From positions 1,484 through 65,483 of the forward strand of contig JANYKT010000159.1 of NCBI GenBank assembly GCA_025358085.1: a DNA stretch of 64,000 bases, given 5' to 3'. How positions within the stretch are numbered: the stretch's first letter is position 1; each line of letters opens with the position of its first letter. The stretch comes from Deltaproteobacteria bacterium (lineage in GTDB: Bacteria; Myxococcota; Myxococcia; Myxococcales; 40CM-4-68-19). This document shows, in pieces, positions 56,423 to 64,000 of this stretch. The notes beneath the pieces are model-generated. The model saw only the letters and a list, made by a program, of their open reading frames with translations. It was not told where the DNA came from and made no database searches. The position numbers and the translations under genes were made by a program.

Positions 56423-59400
56423 TCAAAGAGGATCGATCGAGAAGTACGGGCCGAAGCGCGCCTCGCCCAGCAGGTCATCGGGTCTCAGGTTCATCCCCAG
56501 GTCAATGGCCATGCGGCCAATCGGCGTCAGCCAGCGCACGCCTACGCCGACCGCGTCGCGCAGCACCAGGTTCTTCAGGAGGTTGGTCGGCGTCAGCCAG
56601 AGATTGCCGGCGTCATAGAAGACCGCCGCTTCGAAGGAGGTGGTGAAGGGCACGCGCAGTTCCGCGCCGAAGGCGACGAACTGGTCGCCGCCGGTGCTGG
56701 TGCCGCCCGCCGCCAGCAGGCGCGCATTGTTCGTGCAGCCCAGCTCGGAGAGGGTCGCCGTGCAGGCCTGCACCTGCCGGTGCAGTTGGTCGATGGTGTC
56801 CTGCGGCTGCACCGCGTCCTCGTGAAAGCCCCGCAGCGAGGTTGCGCCTCCCAGGTAGAAGCTGCGATCGCCGGGCGTCAACGACCGGTCGTCGAGCTGG
56901 AAGATGCGACCGCCGCGCGCCGAGACCACGATGGAAGAGAGGAACGGCAGAGGTAGATAGGCCGCCAGCAGTCCCTGCACCTTCAGCAGATTGACGTGGA
57001 TCAAGGCCAGCTTCGAGTCGGCGGTGGTGTCCTTCAGCGACTTGAGCAGATCGCCCGAGAGCTGCATCAGGAAGCCGGAGCGCGGCCGGGCAGGATCGTC
57101 GCGGAGATCCAGCGATGCGGTCGGCCGCAGCGACCCGTAATAGAAATGTCCCGAGGGCTGCCGGAACACCCCGCGATCTAAACCAGCGAGAATGTCCGGG
57201 ATGGACCGGGTCTCCAGCGTCAGCGCCTGGTAGCCGGCCTCGTACGCAAGACCCAGGGAGAACGGCCGCCGGCGCACCAGCTCGACCCCGACCTGCACGG
57301 CGTACTTGGTCAGATCGTAGGAGGCGCGGATGTCGCGCTCGCTGATCAGGTCGACGCCGCCGCGCAGCTTGTCGGTCAGCGGGTAGAAGCTCGGCACCGA
57401 GAGGCCGAAGTCGATCACGCGCTCCAGCGGATCGGAGGGGACTAGCGTCCGCGGGGTGCACAACCTGAGGTCCGAGGTCAGGCAGTTGGGGTCGTCGACG
57501 CGAAAGCGGGTGTACGGGAAGTCGGCCTTGCCCAGCGCGGTGAAGGTGAGGTTGCGCCCGAAGAGGTTTCCCTGCGTGAACTGCAAGGTGGTGCGCGGAC
57601 CGTCGGCGAGCGAGAAGCCGATGCTGGCCTGGAAGTCGCGCGTGGGCCGCTCGCGCAGCTGGACCTGCACGGTCTTCTCGGACTCGGCCACCTCCGGGTT
57701 GCGCGGCGTCAGCGTGGCCGAGAAGAAGAGCCCGGTGCGCAAGAGCGCCTGCTGGCCGCGGTCGAGCACGTCAGGCGTGAGCACGTCGCCGGGCCGCAAG
57801 CCGACCAGATCGAGGATCAGCGCCTCCTGCGTGCGCCGCTGGCCCACCACCTCGACGTAGCCGACCTTGACCACCGGGCCGGGCTGGATGCGGTAGCGGA
57901 CCTCGACCTTGCCGGTCCGCGCGCCCTCGGGCACGTCCTGGAAGACTTCCTCGTCCTCCACCCGCGCGTAAAGATGTCCGCGGCGGGTGAACAAGGAGGT
58001 CAGCGCGGAGCGGCCTTCCTCGGCTGACAAGTAGCTGAACGGCTGCCCCTGCCGGAGCACGATGGCCTGGTCCAGCTCGGCTGCGGGCACCTCGGTTCCG
58101 CCCTCCACCACCAGCCGCGCGACCAGCGTCTGCTCGCCCTCCGTGACCGGAATCAAGACCCGCAGCGAGTGCGGATCGCCCCCGATGTTGTCGAGCTTCG
58201 GAGGCCCCGCGCGGGCCGACAGGTACCCTTGCGACTTGTAGAGATCTTCCATCTGCTTCAGCGCGCGCGCGTACAGCACCGGCTCGTAGACGCTGTCCGG
58301 ATCGACCTTGTGCCGCGCAGCCTGCGGGTCGGGCACCGAGCCCATCACGCCCATCCGCAAGACCTCGCCGGGGTCGGTGCCGGAAGCCGGGTCGCGCGGG
58401 ATGTTGTCGCGAAGCTGGAGCAACAGGCGCTCCAGCAGCTGGGCGGTGGGGATGCCGCGATTGCCCGAGAAGCGGACCTGCTCGACCCGCACCGGCGTGT
58501 CCTCGTCGATGGCGAAGACGATCTCCACCGCGCCGTCGCGAGCGAGCATCTCGCGCTCGACCACGCGCGCGCGGTAGAAACCGGCCGCGACGTAGAAGCG
58601 CCGCAGCCGCGCCGCCATCTCCTGCGCGGCCTGCGCGTCGAGCAGCTCCTCCTGGTCAGCGCCCAGATGCGAGGCGAGCAGCGCGTCGGTGAAGGAGTGG
58701 TTGCCGCGAATGTGGAAGCGGACGAGCGGTCCCGCCTGCACCGGCACGATCACGCGCGCGCGCGACGGGTCCAGCTCTTCGACCACCGGCGGGTCCACGC
58801 GTGCCCGCAGCCGGCCCGCTCTTCGATAGTGTTCGCGCAACCCGCGCACGCCTTCATCGAGCGCGCCCAGGTTGAGTACGTCGCCTTTCTGGAGCTTGAA
58901 GGCGGCGGACAGCTCTTCGGAACGGAGGCCGAGGTCGCCAGTGAAGCGCAGCTCGACCACGCGGGTAGCCGGGCCTTCCTCGATGCGCAGATCGAGCGTG
59001 ACGCCGCCGGGCGCGACACCTTGCGAGGGGGTGACGCGGGCGCGTCGATAACCGATTCGATAATAAGCAGCGCGGATCGCTTCAATGGCGCGCGGTACCT
59101 GCTCGGGCTGGTACTCGGCGTTCGTCTGGAGATTGGCAGTCTGGTGCAGGATGCTCTCTGCCAGCGCCTCGTGACCGGGGAAGCTGACGGACAAAAGCTT
59201 TTCCACCGGCACCAGTACAAAGATGAGCCGGATGGCGCCGGGAGCGAGCGGCTCGACGTAAGCCGCCACCCGCGAGAAGCGCGCGCTCGCGTGCAGCGCG
59301 CGGATGGCGTCACGGACGTCTCGCGGGTCGAGCAAAGCGCCTTCCTGGAGCTCGACCAGGCCGCGCACCTGCGAGACGTCGGCGCCTTCGAAAGAGATCT

Positions 59401-59527
59401 GTCCGATGCGCGGCGCGCCCTCTGCCCCCGCGGGCTGCGCCCAGAGCGGCACCCTGAGCCGGAGCAGGTCGTCGGCCGGCTCCAGGCTCGCGGCAAAGAC
59501 CAGCGCCGCGAGGACCACCGCAAGCAC
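56423..59527 (-). CDS. BamA/TamA (Omp85) family outer-membrane protein with multiple POTRA domains
   Basis: Signal peptide; repeated POTRA motifs (FSGN, FTGD, IRGNHSF); LGGATSLRGF; FYDAGN; GVGVRWLTPIG. Confidence 0.92.
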   Translation of the reverse strand: MLAVVLAALVFAASLEPADDLLRLRVPLWAQPAGAEGAPRIGQISFEGADVSQVRGLVELQEGALLDPRDVRDAIRALHASARFSRVAAYVEPLAPGAIRLIFVLVPVEKLLSVSFPGHEALAESILHQTANLQTNAEYQPEQVPRAIEAIRAAYYRIGYRRARVTPSQGVAPGGVTLDLRIEEGPATRVVELRFTGDLGLRSEELSAAFKLQKGDVLNLGALDEGVRGLREHYRRAGRLRARVDPPVVEELDPSRARVIVPVQAGPLVRFHIRGNHSFTDALLASHLGADQEELLDAQAAQEMAARLRRFYVAAGFYRARVVEREMLARDGAVEIVFAIDEDTPVRVEQVRFSGNRGIPTAQLLERLLLQLRDNIPRDPASGTDPGEVLRMGVMGSVPDPQAARHKVDPDSVYEPVLYARALKQMEDLYKSQGYLSARAGPPKLDNIGGDPHSLRVLIPVTEGEQTLVARLVVEGGTEVPAAELDQAIVLRQGQPFSYLSAEEGRSALTSLFTRRGHLYARVEDEEVFQDVPEGARTGKVEVRYRIQPGPVVKVGYVEVVGQRRTQEALILDLVGLRPGDVLTPDVLDRGQQALLRTGLFFSATLTPRNPEVAESEKTVQVQLRERPTRDFQASIGFSLADGPRTTLQFTQGNLFGRNLTFTALGKADFPYTRFRVDDPNCLTSDLRLCTPRTLVPSDPLERVIDFGLSVPSFYPLTDKLRGGVDLISERDIRASYDLTKYAVQVGVELVRRRPFSLGLAYEAGYQALTLETRSIPDILAGLDRGVFRQPSGHFYYGSLRPTASLDLRDDPARPRSGFLMQLSGDLLKSLKDTTADSKLALIHVNLLKVQGLLAAYLPLPFLSSIVVSARGGRIFQLDDRSLTPGDRSFYLGGATSLRGFHEDAVQPQDTIDQLHRQVQACTATLSELGCTNNARLLAAGGTSTGGDQFVAFGAELRVPFTTSFEAAVFYDAGNLWLTPTNLLKNLVLRDAVGVGVRWLTPIGRMAIDLGMNLRPDDLLGEARFGPYFSIDPL

Positions 59528-62500
59528 CTACTCGCCTTCCCACTTGAGGTGCAGGTCGACGCCGAAGTCAGTGCCCACTTGCGGCTTTTCGTTGTCCAGC
59601 TGGAGCCGGGTGGAGAGCACGTCGGAGAGCTGGTAGCTGACCACGCCGCGGTAGCGCCGGCTGGTCAGGCCCTCGAGAACCTTCAAGTCGAGCTTGTCGT
59701 TGACCAGGTGCGAGGAGAAGCGCGCCATCGGCTCGAGCCGGTTGGTGTAAGAGGAGAAGTCGCTGGCGAAGTCGATGTTGGGGTCGCGCAGGATGGCGTT
59801 TTTGGGGATGAAGCGGCGCACCTCTTCGGAGAAGCCGGTCACCTTATTGAGCGCTTCCACGCCGATGGCCAGGCCCGAGTCGGCGGCGCTGAAGCTGGAT
59901 TGCTGCAGGTTGCTGGAGACGAAACCGAAAGTCAGGAGGAACCCCAGGTCAGCCTCGGCGAGCGCCGGATCGGACGAGAGCGCGAGGTGCGGCTCGGACG
60001 GAGTTCCGAAAGCGTGCATCCGGACCTTGTACTCCTTCACCTCCGAGGACGCCTGCACCTTCACTTCCGAGGACGCCTGGAAATCGAACGACGGCCGGAT
60101 GCGTTGGCGATCGGTGAAGCTCAGCACGCCCTGCTCGATCTGGAATTCGTTGCCGCGGAACTGGGCGGTGCCGTGCACGCAGTTGACCGACCCGAGCAGG
60201 CCCACCGCTCGTGAGTTGCCGGTGACCTTGAGGTCGCCCTTCAGGTCGGTGCGAGCGAGGTTGTTCTCCACGCGCACGCCGCGGGAGAGGTGGACGTCGA
60301 GGTCGAAGTGGACCAGCACCGGGCTCTTGGTGAGCACCCGCGGCGCGGGCGGCCGGCGCGAGAAGTCGAGCAGCGACCTCTCGATGTCGAGGTCCTCCGT
60401 GTATTTCATCCGGGAGACGATCAAGGACCCGCCCAGCACCGGCTCGAACGGCGGGCCGAAGAGGGTGAGGTCGCCGTCGAGCGTGGCGCCGAGGCTATCG
60501 TTGAGCTTGACGTTCACGTCGCTGACGTGGGCCGACATGTCGATGCGCGTGGGGCTCAGGTGGCTCAACTCGATGCCACCGGACAGCTTGGCCTCGCCGT
60601 TGTTGAGCTTGCCTTCCAACTCGTCGATGACGAGCGCGTCCTGCGAGAAGGAGATGCTGCCGTTCAGCGCCCGCGCCGACACCGGCAGCCCGCGCAGTTG
60701 CACGGCCGCGTCCTCGATGCGCAGGTTGCCGAGTACGGTGGGTGACTTCGCCGTTCCTCCGACCGCCGCCTGGACGAGCCAGGTCCCCGAGGCGTGCTCG
60801 ATGTCGGGCACCAGGCCCTGCAACAGCCTCCCGTCTACGCTGGCGCTGAGCCGCAAATCCAGCCTGCCTGCGCGACTGCGGCTGCCGGAGATCTGCGCGG
60901 TGGTGTACGGAGCGCGCACCGCGAGGCGCTGGATGGCGAACCCTGCGGGGCCAAAGGAGAGCTCACCGATGCCGTCGTTCTCGAAAGCGAGATCGTTGCG
61001 TACCATCTTCAGCTCCTTGAGCTGCACGGTGGCGGTGGTGTCGCGCCACTCGAGCAGCGAGCCTTCAAGTTGGAGGTCGGCCGCAGCCGACCCGCTCTGG
61101 ATCTCCGAGCCTGGCGCGAAGACGTCGAGGTAACTCACCAGGTCCGGTACCCGCAGCGAGACGCTCGAGCTGTAAGGAAACACGCCCAGCAGGGACGCCT
61201 TGCCGTCGAGCGCGTGCGTGCCGACGGTGCCGTGCCAGGTCATCGCCTTGCCATCGACTTTCAGCCAGAGGTCGCCGTCACCCAGTACAGCCTTGCCCGC
61301 CCTGCCATCGAAGAACTTCACCGAGGTTTCGATGAGCGGGTGATCCGCAATGCCCCCGATATGCACCGTTGCCGCCATGGGTCCTGTGAGCTTCGCCGCC
61401 TCGCCTGCGTCGAGGTCCGCGAGGGTAAATTTCTCGGTGCGCCCATCCAGGTCCAGCTTCCAGTCGGGCCCGAAGCGCCCCGCCAGCGAAAACCTTGCGT
61501 CGCCATGCTCGAGCACCAACTCGTCAATTTGCAGCCGCGGCTCCTGCCCGTGCAGCGTCATCCGGGCGCGGCCGGTCTTGAATGTCTCCTGCCACATAGA
61601 CAGGTCCGCGAAGTCGAGCCGGACGGTGGCGTCCGGGCTGGTGACCGGGCCATGGGCGTCGATCACTCCGCGGACGCGGCCGTCCAGGTCGCCGGGGTCG
61701 TTCACGCTCGAGAGCGTCGGCACCAGCCCCACCGCGAGATCGATGAGATCGTGCAGGTAAGCGTCGGGCAGTTCCAGGTGCGCGTCCACCAGGTTGCGCG
61801 GGTCGTTCAGGTCCAGCGCAACGCGGCCGAGGTAGTTGCTGCGGTCCTTGCGGCCGCGAATCTGGTCGAGCACGAGCTTCAGGTTCGCGGTGCGAAAATC
61901 GACCTGGGTAACAACGGTGCCGAGAGCGAGATCGAGCAGGTGGAAGTCCCGCACCGAAGCCTGTCCCTCGATGTGGAGGGCGTGGTAGGGACCGGTCACG
62001 CGGGCGGCGAAGGAAGAGGTTCCGCGCGCGGGCAGCGGGCCGATGTGTCCGCGGAAGTCGTCGAGGTCAAGCGCCTCGGTGTGGCCGAGGAGCAGCATGC
62101 CCTTCTCGACGTCGGTGAAGAAGGTTCCCTCGAGCTGCACGTGCGAGTGCCCCTTGAGGCCGAGGTCGAGCGCGGTCTTGCGCAGCACCACCTTGTCCTT
62201 TGAAATGGCGATGGCAGTCGCCAGGTGGCTGCGCGGAATCTCGAACAGGCGCACCGCCTGCGCGCGGTGTTCGTAGGGCCGGTCGAGCACGGCGAAGTCC
62301 GCGATGTCCAGCCCGACCTCGCCGCCCAGCAGCAGGGGCGAGAGCGTCCCCCTCAGCTGCGCCTTCCCCGACGAGCGCAGCACGGCAAGGCTGTGGGGGA
62401 TGCCCAGATTGCGCAGCACCTCGGAAAGCTCCACGTCACGCAACGCCAGGTCGGCGGTGACGGGGAGCATGGCCTCCGCGATGCCGATCTCGATGCTGCC

Positions 62501-63493
62501 CGAGACCAAACCCGAGACCAAACCCTTACCGATGGGCAACTCGAGCTTGTCGAGGCGCACGCCGGCCGCGCTGACACTGAAGCGCGTGCGCAGATCGCCG
62601 GGGAGGAAGCCTTCGAGTGCAAGGCCCTTGACCTTGAGGTCGCCCTTCACGCGCGGCTTGCCCTGCAAAATCGTGACACTCGCGTCGACGGAGAGCGCGC
62701 CCTGCACCCCGGTCAGCGCGCCCGGGAGCAGGCGAGCCGCGGCGACGGTGAGGTCATCGATGCGGACGGTGGTGGTCGCTTCGATGCGCGGATCGCACAG
62801 ATTTTCGAGCTTGCCGCTGATGAAGACGGACGCCTCCGAACCGATCAGGTCGGCCTTGACCAGCTCGATTGCCCCCTCGCCGTGCAGGTCCACCGTGCCG
62901 GCCGTGCGGCTGGAGATCAGTCCGAAACTGCGATCTTGTAGATTGATACCGCCCCCGCGCGTGGCGACCGCGACGCGCAGCAGCTCGCCGTTGCCCTTGA
63001 TAGAGATGCTGGCGTGCGGCACCTCAACGCGCACGCCGTCGCTGCTGATGGCGAGGCTTGCCTTGCGGACCTTGACCCGGCCGAGCTCGAAGCGGTCCAG
63101 CATTGTGGGAAGGCACCGGCCGCCGTTCATCGGTGGAGACAAGCCCGCCTGGTCGAGCGCGAGGTGGAGCTGGGGGTGATCGATCTCCAGCCGCTCCAGC
63201 CGGACCCGCTGCAGCAGGGGCCGGACCACGACGTGCACGAAGACGCGCGCGATTTTCAGATCCAGCCGGCCGCCGGGGTCGCCTACCTGCAGGCCCTCGA
63301 TGGTCAGCTTGCTGCCCGCGGGATCGACCGAGCACCGCGCCACCCGCACCTTCGCCGCGGTGACCTCTTCGATGGTGGCGACGGCGTACGCACAGAGGTT
63401 GTTGGCGACGAAGTCGGTGCGCAGAAAAGCGATCGCGCCGCCGGACACCAGGACGGCGGCGAGAGCGGTCGCGGTGAGGAGTCGGCTCAGCAT
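59528..63493 (-). CDS. tamB: TamB (DUF490) translocation/assembly module protein
   Basis: N-terminal TM; long beta-taco repeats; C-terminal DUF490-like region (GDLKVTG, FDFQA, LSSDP). Confidence 0.88.
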   Translation of the reverse strand: MLSRLLTATALAAVLVSGGAIAFLRTDFVANNLCAYAVATIEEVTAAKVRVARCSVDPAGSKLTIEGLQVGDPGGRLDLKIARVFVHVVVRPLLQRVRLERLEIDHPQLHLALDQAGLSPPMNGGRCLPTMLDRFELGRVKVRKASLAISSDGVRVEVPHASISIKGNGELLRVAVATRGGGINLQDRSFGLISSRTAGTVDLHGEGAIELVKADLIGSEASVFISGKLENLCDPRIEATTTVRIDDLTVAAARLLPGALTGVQGALSVDASVTILQGKPRVKGDLKVKGLALEGFLPGDLRTRFSVSAAGVRLDKLELPIGKGLVSGLVSGSIEIGIAEAMLPVTADLALRDVELSEVLRNLGIPHSLAVLRSSGKAQLRGTLSPLLLGGEVGLDIADFAVLDRPYEHRAQAVRLFEIPRSHLATAIAISKDKVVLRKTALDLGLKGHSHVQLEGTFFTDVEKGMLLLGHTEALDLDDFRGHIGPLPARGTSSFAARVTGPYHALHIEGQASVRDFHLLDLALGTVVTQVDFRTANLKLVLDQIRGRKDRSNYLGRVALDLNDPRNLVDAHLELPDAYLHDLIDLAVGLVPTLSSVNDPGDLDGRVRGVIDAHGPVTSPDATVRLDFADLSMWQETFKTGRARMTLHGQEPRLQIDELVLEHGDARFSLAGRFGPDWKLDLDGRTEKFTLADLDAGEAAKLTGPMAATVHIGGIADHPLIETSVKFFDGRAGKAVLGDGDLWLKVDGKAMTWHGTVGTHALDGKASLLGVFPYSSSVSLRVPDLVSYLDVFAPGSEIQSGSAAADLQLEGSLLEWRDTTATVQLKELKMVRNDLAFENDGIGELSFGPAGFAIQRLAVRAPYTTAQISGSRSRAGRLDLRLSASVDGRLLQGLVPDIEHASGTWLVQAAVGGTAKSPTVLGNLRIEDAAVQLRGLPVSARALNGSISFSQDALVIDELEGKLNNGEAKLSGGIELSHLSPTRIDMSAHVSDVNVKLNDSLGATLDGDLTLFGPPFEPVLGGSLIVSRMKYTEDLDIERSLLDFSRRPPAPRVLTKSPVLVHFDLDVHLSRGVRVENNLARTDLKGDLKVTGNSRAVGLLGSVNCVHGTAQFRGNEFQIEQGVLSFTDRQRIRPSFDFQASSEVKVQASSEVKEYKVRMHAFGTPSEPHLALSSDPALAEADLGFLLTFGFVSSNLQQSSFSAADSGLAIGVEALNKVTGFSEEVRRFIPKNAILRDPNIDFASDFSSYTNRLEPMARFSSHLVNDKLDLKVLEGLTSRRYRGVVSYQLSDVLSTRLQLDNEKPQVGTDFGVDLHLKWEGE

Positions 63494-63545
63494 CGGTCGT
63501 CAAAAAGCAACACGGCGTGGGAACGGCAGAGCGTCCCATGGGCGC

Positions 63546-64000
63546 TCAGGACGGCTTTGCGAGCCCCGCGAGGTAGCGATCGATCTCCCCGAGATCGACG
63601 GGCTTGGCTTTCTCCGCGTAAACAGCGGGCACCGCCGGAGTATTCGACGGCGCTGGCGAAGGCTTCTTCACCGCGGATAGTTCGACCGGCGTCGTGCCGC
63701 CATCGAGTCCGAGGTCCAGCGCTACGCGCTCGATCATGGCCTCGTCGATCATCGGGGCGCGGGCAACGTAACCTTCGAAGAGCGCGTTGTCGCAGAGCGT
63801 GTTGATGACCCTGGGCGTCCCGCTGGAGAAGCGATGCACCGCTTTGACCGCCTCGGGCGTGAGGGGCATGCGCGAAGCGCCAGCCAGCCGCAGACGGTGC
63901 TTGATGTACGCCTCGGTGCTCTCGAAATTCAGATGGTCGAGCCGGTACTTGATGGCTACGCGCTGCGCCAGCGGCGGGTCGAGCTTGAGGTTGCTCTCGA
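63546..64000 (-). CDS. ExeA-like AAA ATPase, C-terminal part; truncated by window edge
   Basis: PLAQRVAIKYRL...AYIKHRLRLAG...SSGTPRVINTLCDNAL. Confidence 0.85.
   Translation of the reverse strand, partial: ESNLKLDPPLAQRVAIKYRLDHLNFESTEAYIKHRLRLAGASRMPLTPEAVKAVHRFSSGTPRVINTLCDNALFEGYVARAPMIDEAMIERVALDLGLDGGTTPVELSAVKKPSPAPSNTPAVPAVYAEKAKPVDLGEIDRYLAGLAKPS

Noticed and set aside
56068-56478. Small ORFs in the tolB-bamA gap as a missing Pal or small protein
   Set aside because: No lipobox or OmpA motif; their starts lie upstream of or inside the sigma-54 promoter.
62499-62525. 12-bp tandem duplication in tamB
   Set aside because: In frame (GLVSGLVSG); ordinary micro-duplication.

Overview
GC-rich bacterial chromosome segment, most consistent with Myxococcota: the tmRNA tag reads ANDNVELALAA, and the window carries DUF4388/TPR/J-domain proteins, Cys-rich lipoproteins and a PP2C phosphatase. 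(1) 1-6805: accessory or defence-like region abutting the tmRNA 3' end, with a partial AlbA_2/Schlafen gene, an AbiEi/AbiEii-like type IV TA pair whose toxin is frameshifted, a CocE/NonD hydrolase and a complete IS with inverted repeats. (2) tmRNA, smpB, panCB, a deoxynucleoside kinase and an aldehyde dehydrogenase. (3) 13-31 kb: accessory redox and sulfur region. It holds two small Cys-rich lipoproteins, a USP, an iodotyrosine-deiodinase-like nitroreductase, an orphan PrdB/GrdB-like selenoprotein hidden by an in-frame UGA (UPFC motif, SECIS-like hairpin), a metallopeptidase, LarA, a ~12-heme cytochrome, a psr/phsABC-type operon with a candidate sigma-54 promoter, two YeeE/YedE proteins (one fused to a Cys-less rhodanese with a C-terminal EGC arm), a cysE remnant and an amidase. 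(4) 31-64 kb: mostly core genes (rsmA, tsaD, trmL, PP2C, NDP-sugar transferase, GT2, B12 radical SAM, ctpA, envC, ftsX, ftsE, murI, tolQRAB, BamA/TamA-like, TamB, ExeA-like ATPase). This stretch also contains a REP-like palindrome and an unannotated candidate ~210-nt sigma-54-driven structured RNA between tolB and the BamA-like gene. All family assignments come from motif recognition by eye, not database searches.
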